Positions 8,850 to 18,169 of a stretch of 64,000 nt of DNA are shown piece by piece (positions within the stretch are counted from its first letter, which is position 1; each line of letters opens with the position of its first letter). Source of the stretch: an uncultured virus (IMG/VR IMGVR_UViG_3300025133_000070) (lineage: Duplodnaviria; Heunggongvirae; Uroviricota; Caudoviricetes); the IMG/VR virus record IMGVR_UViG_3300025133_000070. One strand, given 5' to 3'. The position numbers and the translations under genes are program-made. The notes under the pieces are model-generated. The model ran no database searches and had not been told where the DNA came from. It saw nothing but the letters and a program-made list of their open reading frames with translations.

Positions 8850-9238
8850 TACTCTTCGTATTTTTGAGGACTATCGGACGGGAGACCAGAAAGATCATGT
8901 TCCATGACCGCTGATTCTGCTAACCTAACCTCACCATCCTCATTCTCAATGACAGTAATGCCAGACGCAGCGAGTTCCTCTTTGTTCTCTGAGGCGTACT
9001 TCTGTACCATATCAGAAAGCTGTTGGTTAAGTGTCTCAATACCTGTTACGAAGACTGTCTTAATAAAAGCCTCGTCCGTAATTTCTTGAGGTTTGCATAC
9101 ATCTGCAAAGTTCTTGTAGGCTATTGCCTCATCTTTCGAAAGTTTAACTTGTAATTTCATACGATTTCTACTCCGCTCATCTATACGGATTCTCCATTTA
9201 TTGACATCTAGCTTAATACTTGTTTGCTCGGGATCCAT
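8849..9238 (-). CDS. Hypothetical protein
   Basis: 129-aa ORF preceded by the CTATAATAG motif. Confidence 0.65.
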   Translation of the reverse strand: MDPEQTSIKLDVNKWRIRIDERSRNRMKLQVKLSKDEAIAYKNFADVCKPQEITDEAFIKTVFVTGIETLNQQLSDMVQKYASENKEELAASGITVIENEDGEVRLAESAVMEHDLSGLPSDSPQKYEE

Positions 9239-9242
9239 TTAA

Positions 9243-9251
9243 CTATTATAG
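9243..9251 (-). promoter_or_regulatory. Putative leaderless -10 element CTATAATAG
   Basis: Minus strand reads CTATAATAGttaaATG (ATG at 9238). Confidence 0.55.
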
Positions 9252-9266
9252 TATAGGTAATAAATT

Positions 9267-9779
9267 ATGGAAGACAATTACGATTTTTCTGCGTTGAAAA
9301 AAAAGAAGAGGGTAAACAGCAGGGCTAAAGGCTCTACCTTTGAGAGGTCCATAGCCAAGACACTTAATGATAGATTCAACACCACAGAATTTTCAAGAAC
9401 TCCTGGGTCTGGTGCGTTCGCCACCACACACTCTCTTCCTGACCACCTTAAAATTTATGGGGACTTGATCACACCATTAAACTTTAAGTATTGTATAGAA
9501 TGCAAGAAAGGATACAATAAAGAAAACTTATATAGTATATATAATTATAGTTCAGACACCTGGAAATTTATAGAACAATGTGAAAAAGATTCGGAAAAAT
9601 GCCAGAAGACACCAATGGTAATATTTAAACAAGATAGACAAAAAACCCTGGCTATAGTCCCCTATAATAGTTTATATAAATCTAATAACTACATAGAGAT
9701 ACATAAAGAAGAAAAAACATACAGAATATATCTATTTGATGATCTTCTTAAAGAGCCTGACTACTTTTGGTTTGATTAA
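9267..9779 (+). CDS. Phage PD-(D/E)XK Holliday junction resolvase
   Basis: NSRAKGSTFER...RTPGSGA...GDL...IECK...PMVIFKQDR. Confidence 0.8.
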   Translation: MEDNYDFSALKKKKRVNSRAKGSTFERSIAKTLNDRFNTTEFSRTPGSGAFATTHSLPDHLKIYGDLITPLNFKYCIECKKGYNKENLYSIYNYSSDTWKFIEQCEKDSEKCQKTPMVIFKQDRQKTLAIVPYNSLYKSNNYIEIHKEEKTYRIYLFDDLLKEPDYFWFD

Positions 9780-12483
9780 TCAAGGTCTCAAGTAATCTCA
9801 TCTGTCCCACCATGTATTGATGGAGGGTACTTGCAGTAACACGCTCTGATGGTATTCCGGGGAAATATTGTCCCATCTGTTCGGCACTTTCTAGACCAAC
9901 ACTACAAACTGTGCGCGTCTCTCTCCCTTTAGTAGTATCTGTACCTTCAAACCCAAGATCACAGGAAACACCACCAACGCTTATCTTAATCGTAGATCCT
10001 TTTCCTCCTGTAGTATTAAAAGTAACCGTGTCCTGAGTCTTTCCTAGTGCCCGTGCTGCTATATCAGCATCATTAGCCTCTGCCATCTGCCGGAATACTT
10101 CATTGTGTCGGAAAACGAGGGATCTATTACTTTTATGGGAGGTAATATCCGAAACTATATCTCTATAATTTCCTCCAGTCATGATTGCATTTCTAATTAT
10201 CCAATCTTTTGCAGCTTGTTGTTTAACGGGATCGGAATCATCTTCAACAGCCTCTTGGACCATTTTAATTCTAGCTTGTCTTTCAAATAGTTCCGCTGCC
10301 ACCTCTCTAGTTGCTGCGTTTTTAAAGTCTGCATCTCCCCCTAAAAAAGTTTGACCTAGTTCAGTTTCTTTCGCTTGATCATAGGATAACTTACCCTGTA
10401 TAATTGTTTGCAACTCACTACAGACTTGCTCTGGTTGAGTAGATTTTATTTTACCATTAGAAGTATAGGTATTCCCATCCCTAACCGACTTTCCCATCGC
10501 AGCTATATCACTTTCTAATTGTTCTTCGAACCCTAAGAATGCCTCCCACCGATCCTTCCCAGGTCCTGTAGTAATATCACCAAACTGTAGTTCGTCTGCC
10601 CATTCGGTGAAGCCCTCTTGGAACTTTTTATCCTCAGCAGCTACTTGGACAGGGTTGCCTTGGTCATCAACTATAGGAGTACCTTTCTTGTCAACAGCAT
10701 CCTTACGAAAGTCCCCACGAATAGCCGCCCTTCTTCTTGCTGTATTATTATATTCTCCTAGTTTAGCCTTACCGATCTCGTCCTTCTGGTCTTTTTGCCC
10801 AACCCCAAGTTCCCACATTTTTCCATCAGAACTTCTCCTAAGTGCTTTTTCTGGGTCCAACTCTAGTAGTTTACACGCAGCTTCAGCCTTCGCCTTATTC
10901 TTATCCTCGTAGTACAAAACAGTGTCGCTCCTCCCCCCAGAGCCCCCTTCTGTACTTAGATCTCCAGCGGAATCTGCGTCCATAGCTTTAGCAAACTGCA
11001 TATGTCTTAATATAGTCATCATGGCATACCTAACTAATGGCCTACCTCCATCTGTAGAAGCCAATTCAGCTTGTTCCAGAAGGACTTGTTCCCCAGACCA
11101 GGAATCAAAAGTTCTAGCTGTCTCAGCGTCTCCAGATTCGTCCAATCTTGCTCTGGACCACTCTATAAGTCTTTGTCCTTTACCTCCAATATAAACAGCG
11201 ATATCCCTTAGAGAAGCTGAAACTGCATCATCACGGGCCTTACCAGCGGGTAAACTTTGAGCCTTAGAAAGTGCTACAGCAGCAACCATACATTTCTCAT
11301 CAACAGTTGATCTAATTGTATTAAGACCTGTACCTCCTGGGGATACTGGTCCCGCCAATGTCTTTAGTTCTACTTCTTCACATCGTTTTTTAACAGCCGC
11401 TAAAGCGTCAATTTGTAAATCATTCATGGTGTTAATCACCACTCCTGTTTCCTGATTACCACCAAAGATTAATAATTTATCATCATACATACCAACTTTT
11501 TTATTAATATTTTCGCAATCCTCATCTTTTGCCTTACCTGTCAAAAATTTCATAAAATCTCTATGATTTTGTGCCACTTTAACTATTAATCCAGGAGGTA
11601 TTTGTTCAGTCTCACCTTCTACACCTATGGCTTGTCCGTTAGCTAATTTATAACCCCAGGCTGCGTTCCCCTGCCCTGTTGCAAACATTCCAGGAAACTC
11701 ACAATACTTTGGCTTAGGTTTAATTGTTACACTAAGACAATATTTCTTTAAATCTTTAAAAGTTTCTTGTATAGCCTCTACACCCGCTGATATATTATTT
11801 GGATCGGTCGGATCAACACTGTATAAAGATTCTCCTGTTTCCTCATTTATCCTTTCTAAGAAAACCGCATCTGCTTTGTTTCCTAGGTCTTCCCATCGCT
11901 TTTGTTCTGCTTCTGCTTCTTGTTGGGCTTTAATAGCAGCAGCTTGTTGTACTGTTCTGGCAACACCATCCTCCTCTCCTGTTTCAGCACCCGCTACAAA
12001 CTTACCCACAAATTTTTCAAACTGATCAGGTTTAGCTTCTAGTTTAGGAGATATTGTAACATCCTTCCCATTAATTATTCCTACTTCTCCAAAGGAAACT
12101 CCTGAGTTAGCTTTGATTACTTGCTGTCCTATAGTCTCAGCACTTCTTGGAGCCGTAACTTCTTCTTCTCCTTCTGGTGGTCTTACTGGTAGCCCTGTTG
12201 CGGCTGTCCCTCCTTTACCAGGACCAACATAAAACTTAATTTTAATTCCCGTAGGTGTTGTAAGTTCTTTTTTTTCCTTATTAGTTCCTTTTTGAATATC
12301 AGCCAAATTGTCTTTCATGAATGCTACTGCTGCACCAACACCATCAACTGCTTGATCTTGACTCACAGAAACTTTATCTTCAGGTTTGACTTTTGGGGTA
12401 TCCGCTTCTAAGATATAAGTAAGTTTAAATGTACGCTTCTTAAGCTTTTCGTAGCTCTCCATTAGGTCTGAGAAGTAATCCAT
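9748..12483 (-). CDS. Large hypothetical protein (911 aa), possible internal head or ejected protein
   Basis: Long uninterrupted ORF; N-terminal LMESY...ILEA resembles prohead-protease cleavage sites. Confidence 0.6.
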   Translation of the reverse strand: MDYFSDLMESYEKLKKRTFKLTYILEADTPKVKPEDKVSVSQDQAVDGVGAAVAFMKDNLADIQKGTNKEKKELTTPTGIKIKFYVGPGKGGTAATGLPVRPPEGEEEVTAPRSAETIGQQVIKANSGVSFGEVGIINGKDVTISPKLEAKPDQFEKFVGKFVAGAETGEEDGVARTVQQAAAIKAQQEAEAEQKRWEDLGNKADAVFLERINEETGESLYSVDPTDPNNISAGVEAIQETFKDLKKYCLSVTIKPKPKYCEFPGMFATGQGNAAWGYKLANGQAIGVEGETEQIPPGLIVKVAQNHRDFMKFLTGKAKDEDCENINKKVGMYDDKLLIFGGNQETGVVINTMNDLQIDALAAVKKRCEEVELKTLAGPVSPGGTGLNTIRSTVDEKCMVAAVALSKAQSLPAGKARDDAVSASLRDIAVYIGGKGQRLIEWSRARLDESGDAETARTFDSWSGEQVLLEQAELASTDGGRPLVRYAMMTILRHMQFAKAMDADSAGDLSTEGGSGGRSDTVLYYEDKNKAKAEAACKLLELDPEKALRRSSDGKMWELGVGQKDQKDEIGKAKLGEYNNTARRRAAIRGDFRKDAVDKKGTPIVDDQGNPVQVAAEDKKFQEGFTEWADELQFGDITTGPGKDRWEAFLGFEEQLESDIAAMGKSVRDGNTYTSNGKIKSTQPEQVCSELQTIIQGKLSYDQAKETELGQTFLGGDADFKNAATREVAAELFERQARIKMVQEAVEDDSDPVKQQAAKDWIIRNAIMTGGNYRDIVSDITSHKSNRSLVFRHNEVFRQMAEANDADIAARALGKTQDTVTFNTTGGKGSTIKISVGGVSCDLGFEGTDTTKGRETRTVCSVGLESAEQMGQYFPGIPSERVTASTLHQYMVGQMRLLETLINQTKSSQAL

Positions 12484-12487
12484 AGTA

Positions 12488-12496
12488 TATTATAGC
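12488..12496 (-). promoter_or_regulatory. Putative leaderless -10 element CTATAATA
   Basis: Minus strand reads GGCTATAATAtactATG (ATG at 12483), just downstream of a terminator. Confidence 0.55.
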
Positions 12497-12500
12497 CAAG

Positions 12501-12539
12501 TTAAACAGGCTCAGTCTGCTTTTAACCACAGACTGAGCC
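12501..12539 (-). terminator. Rho-independent terminator after the tail tube gene
   Basis: 11-bp perfect stem GGCTCAGTCTG / CAGACTGAGCC (12508-12539) followed by TGTTTAA on the minus strand. Confidence 0.75.
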
Positions 12540-12566
12540 ATAGATACCTAAACATCACCTCCCTAG

Positions 12567-13160
12567 TTAAGATGGGTTAGCGTAGTTATAAACATTCATG
12601 AAATCATACTTGAAGTTCACAGTCAGTTGGTGGAATTGGTTTTGAGTATAGTTAAACTCTGAAGCAGACCATGAGGTTGGGTAAACCCCATAAAGCTCTA
12701 CAGTAGAGTGAGGAGTCATCGTGTTATCAAGCATGACGATCTCCACTTTATCAGCTTTAAAAGTCTGTCCAGCAGTGCCTCCAGGCTGTGCGCTCTTAGT
12801 CATCTCACCAGTGATAGGATCGTAGGTGTGACGGAAGTAGCGGTACAGATCAGCAGCCGTTTCACGAAGATAGAGATTGTCGAAGTCCACCTGAAGCTCA
12901 CCAGGAGTGGTCTTACCAGGGTAGAAAACCTTATCGTTGATACGATCAACAGTAATCGCTTCGTTCTTCATTTCCAACCCACCAACTTTCTTGGCAGCCA
13001 GAGTGAGATCAGCTTGGTTCGTCACATCTTCAGGAAGCCCAAAGAAGTGAATCTCAAATTGATATGCCCTTACCGAATCAAGATCAGTTGAAATGGTGGG
13101 GAGACCCTGACCAGGGGTGAACTTACGGTCATACTTAGTCTTGTAATAAGATGTTGCCAT
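12567..13160 (-). CDS. gp19: Tail tube protein (T4 gp19-like)
   Basis: Directly downstream of the sheath; YPGK, YDPITG, ELYGVYPTS, LTVNFKYD. Confidence 0.9.
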   Translation of the reverse strand: MATSYYKTKYDRKFTPGQGLPTISTDLDSVRAYQFEIHFFGLPEDVTNQADLTLAAKKVGGLEMKNEAITVDRINDKVFYPGKTTPGELQVDFDNLYLRETAADLYRYFRHTYDPITGEMTKSAQPGGTAGQTFKADKVEIVMLDNTMTPHSTVELYGVYPTSWSASEFNYTQNQFHQLTVNFKYDFMNVYNYANPS

Positions 13161-13171
13161 TATTTAATTCC

Positions 13172-15385
13172 TTAGAGAGAACCTAACTGAGCCGACTGGT
13201 TCGTTAGGTTGATTTCGAAGATGAGGATCTCAGCAGTCTTGGTAGGCTTAATGAGAACCTTAGTCCAAAGTTCATTGCGATCAATTCTAACAGGAGTGTT
13301 AGTAGTTTCATCACAAACAACACGGAACTCGGTGATGCCTCTTCTTCTACGGATATCATCGAGGAAGGGGTTAAGAACACCTTCGATTTGTGACCAAGTG
13401 AACTCATCGTTAGGCTCGAAAACAAATCGCTGGGTCGCTGCAAGGATAACCTTGCGAATGTAGATCATAAGTCTGCGGATATTAATTCTATCCAAAGCAG
13501 TTGCAGATCTTTGAGTAGTTCTTTGACCAAAGATGGTGATACCTTGTTGCGGGAAGGAAACGATTGGGTTAACAACATTGCCTCCACTGTAAAGGCTGTC
13601 TCTGTCACCTTGGTTCAGTTTGACTTCCACCTCGGTAGGCTTCGTGAGACGACCTCTACGATATCCCGCAGGAGCAAACCAGCTATCAGCCACAGCGTCT
13701 GTGAAAGCCATCTGACGGGCTCCGAAGACCGCAGGATCGTACCAGCGATCTTTGCCGTCGAAGGTGCTGAACACCTTCACCCAAGGCCAGTAGATAGCAG
13801 CATAAGAACTATTAATTGCCGCAGTTCTAGACCCACCAGTAGAGGAAGATTTACCGTTACTCCAATCAATAGCATCCTGAACCGTTCCCACTGCAACAGG
13901 AGGCGAGACAAGAGCAAGGAAGTTTTGAGTAGTTTCCGCTAACGTGATAAGGTTATTCTGAACCGATTGGTTTTGAACTCCTGGGACCAAAGCAATTCCA
14001 ATGTTAAGAGTCGGGTCATCAAGAGATTGCATACCAGTCTTAGGCTCAACAGAAGCATCTCCAATCAAGGCAGTTGCGTTAGCACTGTCAGATCCTGTGC
14101 CGTTATCTCCACCAGCCATACTGGTAGCTGTCGCAGGAACAAGCTTGTTCCATCTAGAGGCAGCATCAGAGACTCTGGATTGCGAGACGGGGGATTCTGT
14201 TCCATCCCCTGCGGGTTCTGCCCATTGATAATCTACTTGGAATTTAGTTGTTCCCATCAAAGTACTTAAAAGATCGGAATAATTCGTTAGTTCGGTTGCG
14301 GTAGCATCAGCATCATCCTTAACCAAATTACCTTTAATAATATCAGAGGTAACATTAGTCTCGCCAGTGTTAATAACATTTTCAACAAAAGCACCTGAGC
14401 CAACAAAACTACACTTGAAAGTTTCTGCTGTAGTACCATCTTGATTAACATTAACATTAAAGTTTTGTGACCCTAGATCCGCAGCAGTAATGCTGTTACC
14501 ACTTGTATTGCCATCCGTCCTAGTTCCAGCATTGTAACCCGCTCCAGGATGTAAAGACTCCACTTTATAGGCAGCGGAATTCGTTCCTGTGGTAAGAATA
14601 CTTCCACCGTAAACCCTTACAGCAGAAGCATAAAGACCAGAAACACCATAAGCCGTTGTTCCACTTGCAGGGGTAGTTGCCATTAAGGCAGAAACGCCAC
14701 CATTAGTAGCACCAATAGTTGTTGGAGCGAAGGAAGTACCACTACAAGCAGAAACACCAATAGAAGCACCAGAACCAGCAAAGCTTCCGACAATAGCACC
14801 AGAAAGACCTAAACCAGTAGCATCAGCACCAACAGCCCCATCAAAGAAACAACCAACCTTATCAGCATCTAAGCCACCACCGACAATTTTGCGAATTGCC
14901 TCAGCTTGGCTAGTAGCAGTACTCGCAGGAATACTAAAGTCCTTACCTGCACTAGAGTTGTCAGGATACTGAGCCGTTCCTGCGTTATCATAAACTTGAA
15001 TTCTTAAAGTAAGAGGTGTTCCAACTCCAAAACCTTCCCCAGCAGTATAAGCAGCACCACCAGAAACTATAACAGCAGGACAAGCACCAATACCCATAAT
15101 AGCAGACGCATCAGCAGCCGAACTACCTGCGGCTCTTACGAAGTACATGCTGTTGGTTTGCTCTAAAATTTCTAGTGCGCCCTCAAGAGCTTGACCACTA
15201 ATGGATTCACTTGGAGAACCAAAAGTACTAATAAGGTTATTTTGGCTAGTGATTAAGGTAGCCTTGTTCGTGGGACCCTTACTAGCAAACCCGACGATAC
15301 CAACAATAGAGGTATTAATTGACGGGGCGTATTCTGAAATATCTTTCTCAATGGTGTATACACCAGGGCTTACATAATTTACCAT
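13172..15385 (-). CDS. gp18: Contractile tail sheath protein (T4 gp18-like)
   Basis: YVSPGVYTIEKD, GFASKGP, YWPW, WFAPAG..RG, RINIRRL, FEPND, VVCDETTN. Confidence 0.97.
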   Translation of the reverse strand: MVNYVSPGVYTIEKDISEYAPSINTSIVGIVGFASKGPTNKATLITSQNNLISTFGSPSESISGQALEGALEILEQTNSMYFVRAAGSSAADASAIMGIGACPAVIVSGGAAYTAGEGFGVGTPLTLRIQVYDNAGTAQYPDNSSAGKDFSIPASTATSQAEAIRKIVGGGLDADKVGCFFDGAVGADATGLGLSGAIVGSFAGSGASIGVSACSGTSFAPTTIGATNGGVSALMATTPASGTTAYGVSGLYASAVRVYGGSILTTGTNSAAYKVESLHPGAGYNAGTRTDGNTSGNSITAADLGSQNFNVNVNQDGTTAETFKCSFVGSGAFVENVINTGETNVTSDIIKGNLVKDDADATATELTNYSDLLSTLMGTTKFQVDYQWAEPAGDGTESPVSQSRVSDAASRWNKLVPATATSMAGGDNGTGSDSANATALIGDASVEPKTGMQSLDDPTLNIGIALVPGVQNQSVQNNLITLAETTQNFLALVSPPVAVGTVQDAIDWSNGKSSSTGGSRTAAINSSYAAIYWPWVKVFSTFDGKDRWYDPAVFGARQMAFTDAVADSWFAPAGYRRGRLTKPTEVEVKLNQGDRDSLYSGGNVVNPIVSFPQQGITIFGQRTTQRSATALDRINIRRLMIYIRKVILAATQRFVFEPNDEFTWSQIEGVLNPFLDDIRRRRGITEFRVVCDETTNTPVRIDRNELWTKVLIKPTKTAEILIFEINLTNQSAQLGSL

Positions 15386-15395
15386 TTAATTTCTC

Positions 15396-15572
15396 CTAAG
15401 CGTTAGAAATCTTAAAGATCCTACGTCGATGTAGGGTTTTGATCTGTTCTGTGATGTAGCTCTCGGGAACTACAAGGCTTTCCCCTGGCTTCATACTCCT
15501 CTCCTTACATCCTTTTTCTGTACTGAAGTAGACGGTGAGGCACTGAAGACTATCATTTTTTACAACTTTCAT
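15396..15572 (-). CDS. Small hypothetical protein (58 aa) upstream of the sheath; below the ORF-track cutoff
   Basis: MKVVKNDSLQCLTVYFSTEKGCKERSMKPGESLVVPESYITEQIKTLHRRRIFKISNA; SD AGGAAGGA upstream; fills the gap, and its TAG overlaps the sheath SD. Confidence 0.7.
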   Translation of the reverse strand: MKVVKNDSLQCLTVYFSTEKGCKERSMKPGESLVVPESYITEQIKTLHRRRIFKISNA

Positions 15573-15627
15573 AACTAATTCCTTCCTTTATTATGTACTA
15601 CAGGCCGACCCTTTTTATGAAAACTTT

Positions 15628-16437
15628 TTACCCACATTCTGTATTCACTGCTACTGTAAGAGTGGGGGCACTATTCTTCTCATCTTTCTCTGTTGCAGTA
15701 TTGTAAATATCGGCATAAATACCAAACGCATATTGTATATTACTAGTATAGTACAGATCTGTATACTGGAAAGTGCCTGAGAAAGTCTCTCCTGGATCTA
15801 AAGATCCTATAGATTGTTGTGCGACTAGCTCAACATCAGGATAAAATTCAAGAGAATCCATTGTTAGTATGGCTTGATCGGGTGCGTCAGTTCCATTTAA
15901 GAATCGCCAAAAACCTACTACAAATGGTTGGGAAGTATCATTCCCACTATTCACAACGGTATAAGAGTAGGTTGGTGCAGGGGGAGGAGGGGGCGCAGGA
16001 GGCGCAGGAGGCTGTCCTGTATAACAATAATTCATCGCTGCTTGCATATTTGTAGGAGGATAATGTCCTTGCCCAGAAGCAAAAAGCTCTGTTAAATTAA
16101 CAGAAAAGCTTTGCATCCTGATGTCTGGGTTAGGAGCATCTGCTGTATCTCCCGTATCAACCGAAAATCCAGTACCTGCGACAACCTTAGACTGCCCTGC
16201 TATTGTTGTTGCAGCCGCATGGGGTGATTTACCATGTGTTGTTATTGCATCTCCAGGTAGAGAAACCTTATCACCTTCTACAAACACACTTTGAGATCCT
16301 GGGCCTATAATCAATCCACCAGCAGTGTCTGTTTGGACTCGGGATATTCCCTTACCTCCAATTTTCACTCTGCTACTTCCTGATTGGGAATGTCCACAGG
16401 TTGCGGCAGTAGTGGCTACACAAATAGGATCAGCCAT
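15628..16437 (-). CDS. PAAR-type spike tip protein with Pro-rich linker and C-terminal Ig/CARDB-like domain
   Basis: CGH...GSSRVKIGG...GSQSVFVEG..VSLPGDAITTHG..PH...GQSKVVAG, then PPAPPAPPPPP, YTVVNSG...LDPGE...ADIYN..TE.DE.N. Confidence 0.75.
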   Translation of the reverse strand: MADPICVATTAATCGHSQSGSSRVKIGGKGISRVQTDTAGGLIIGPGSQSVFVEGDKVSLPGDAITTHGKSPHAAATTIAGQSKVVAGTGFSVDTGDTADAPNPDIRMQSFSVNLTELFASGQGHYPPTNMQAAMNYCYTGQPPAPPAPPPPPAPTYSYTVVNSGNDTSQPFVVGFWRFLNGTDAPDQAILTMDSLEFYPDVELVAQQSIGSLDPGETFSGTFQYTDLYYTSNIQYAFGIYADIYNTATEKDEKNSAPTLTVAVNTECG

Positions 16438-17600
16438 TAACTAGTCTCCACTTTAAATTCTTCAATCTTACCAGTCGAAGTGTAAAGAAACTTAGGACTA
16501 GGGATGTATGTTCTTAAGACTATGTTCAGAGTTTTCTTAAGAACCCTATCAGCCTTGTCTGCTACTGCAACCTGACCCACATCGTCCTCAGAGTCTAAGT
16601 ATGCTTTGGCTAGTGTGGAGAACTCTGTTGGAACCTGCATTTCAGGATTAAACTTTAATCTAATCTGTTCAAGAATTTGATCCATGTCGGACATATACTT
16701 AGTCCAGATATTTAATTGATACTTAACATTCACTGCCCTAGGGGCTAGACTAAGAACTCTGAAAGCTCTATTCTTTTCTGCATCCCAGTAGCTCTCGTTA
16801 ACTAAAAGACTTTCAGTTTTCTGTCGAGCAGTATCATTGTCTGAAGTTGTTTGACCTATAGAAATGATCGGAAGAATAATATTATTTTCTTGCTTCAACT
16901 TGGCAATAGCTCTCTCAGCATTAGCATGGATACACATGATACTATTAAACTTCTCCTCTGAATCAATATATCCTACATCGTTAAAGGATGCGATCATAGA
17001 GCGTAGAGATTCTCTGTAAACAAAAGAGATGTTATTCTTAGCTTGGGTCATTTTGTAAATTACTTTACGCACATCTCCTTCCCTAGTATCCCATCTGTCA
17101 TTCCTACTTGTAAATGTGGAGGCATCCCATGTAGTAAGAACAGTATCAGGCATTGATACGGTGTTTTTAGATGCTCCATAAGTAACTTCATAAAGATCTA
17201 CTGGCTCCCCTGCTGTCGCATCCCAAGATACAGAAGCTCCATCATAGTTTATAATCTCCTCTAAAGTTACAGGGATAACATAGTGAGGAATAGTAGGGGA
17301 TCCAAGATATTCAGAAGAAACATAAGGTAATCCTGAAACCGAAAACTTCAAATCCATATGGCTATCAGCAGAAGGTGGATGTGAATCTAAAGTAAGTAAA
17401 GTACTTAATCCAATAGCTTGTAATTCCTTTAGTCTAGAAACCCCGTCCCTGTCTATTATAGATAAATAAAGATTTGCCATTTTTCCAGGGAAAGGAATCA
17501 TATTTCCAGTGTTTAATGCCATAGCTCCAGCGACAAACGCAGCATTATTAGGTGTGATTCCCCAATTCCAACTTGCAACTTGAGTGTCACTAATGATCAT
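16437..17600 (-). CDS. gp15: Tail terminator / sheath stabiliser (T4 gp15-like) with N-terminal extension
   Basis: ILPIISI...PRAVNVKYQLNIWTKYMSDMDQILEQI..KFNP; lies after gp13-gp14. Confidence 0.8.
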   Translation of the reverse strand: MIISDTQVASWNWGITPNNAAFVAGAMALNTGNMIPFPGKMANLYLSIIDRDGVSRLKELQAIGLSTLLTLDSHPPSADSHMDLKFSVSGLPYVSSEYLGSPTIPHYVIPVTLEEIINYDGASVSWDATAGEPVDLYEVTYGASKNTVSMPDTVLTTWDASTFTSRNDRWDTREGDVRKVIYKMTQAKNNISFVYRESLRSMIASFNDVGYIDSEEKFNSIMCIHANAERAIAKLKQENNIILPIISIGQTTSDNDTARQKTESLLVNESYWDAEKNRAFRVLSLAPRAVNVKYQLNIWTKYMSDMDQILEQIRLKFNPEMQVPTEFSTLAKAYLDSEDDVGQVAVADKADRVLKKTLNIVLRTYIPSPKFLYTSTGKIEEFKVETS

Positions 17601-18169
17601 TCGTCTATACCTGCATACCCCCCAAGTTCATCGCTGACCTGGGTAAGAGGGGTGTCCTGAACATCAGGAGCATCACGGAGGAGTTTAGCAGAGCATACTA
17701 AGTGGTACACACCATACGATTCAAAGCTATCCTCAACAACTTCGAAAATTTCATACCTTTGATCTTGGAAAAAAGGCTTAATAACATCTCCAGGGATCAC
17801 AGACCTACCAAGCTTCCTTTCAATGTAGCTCTTGTTGAAAGTAAAGAGTTGATCATTGGTTAACTCAATACCAAACTGGGTAAGTTCCTCACTCATGGAG
17901 ATTGGATCGTAGTGACCATGAACTGTAATTCCTTGTTTGGCTACAGGCTTGTTACGAGACTCCATGTAAACAGGATCATAGTCAGCAGACTGATAATACT
18001 TGTAGAAAGAGAACTTAGAACCAGCAAGACGAATCATCTCATCATCAACCAAGTTGAAGAGGTTAATATCTGGATTCTCCTGATCGAAGAGGTTAAGAAG
18101 ACTCTCTCCCTCATCAAGGTCAGGAAGCTCAGGTAGCCTCGTCGTCGCTTTGTAGTTCTTCTTTGCCAA
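17597..18169 (-). CDS. gp14: Neck / head completion protein (T4 gp14-like)
   Basis: DEMIRLAG, DPVYME, LTQFGIE, PGDVI...YEIFEV; synteny; TTG start. Confidence 0.8.
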   Translation of the reverse strand: MAKKNYKATTRLPELPDLDEGESLLNLFDQENPDINLFNLVDDEMIRLAGSKFSFYKYYQSADYDPVYMESRNKPVAKQGITVHGHYDPISMSEELTQFGIELTNDQLFTFNKSYIERKLGRSVIPGDVIKPFFQDQRYEIFEVVEDSFESYGVYHLVCSAKLLRDAPDVQDTPLTQVSDELGGYAGIDE

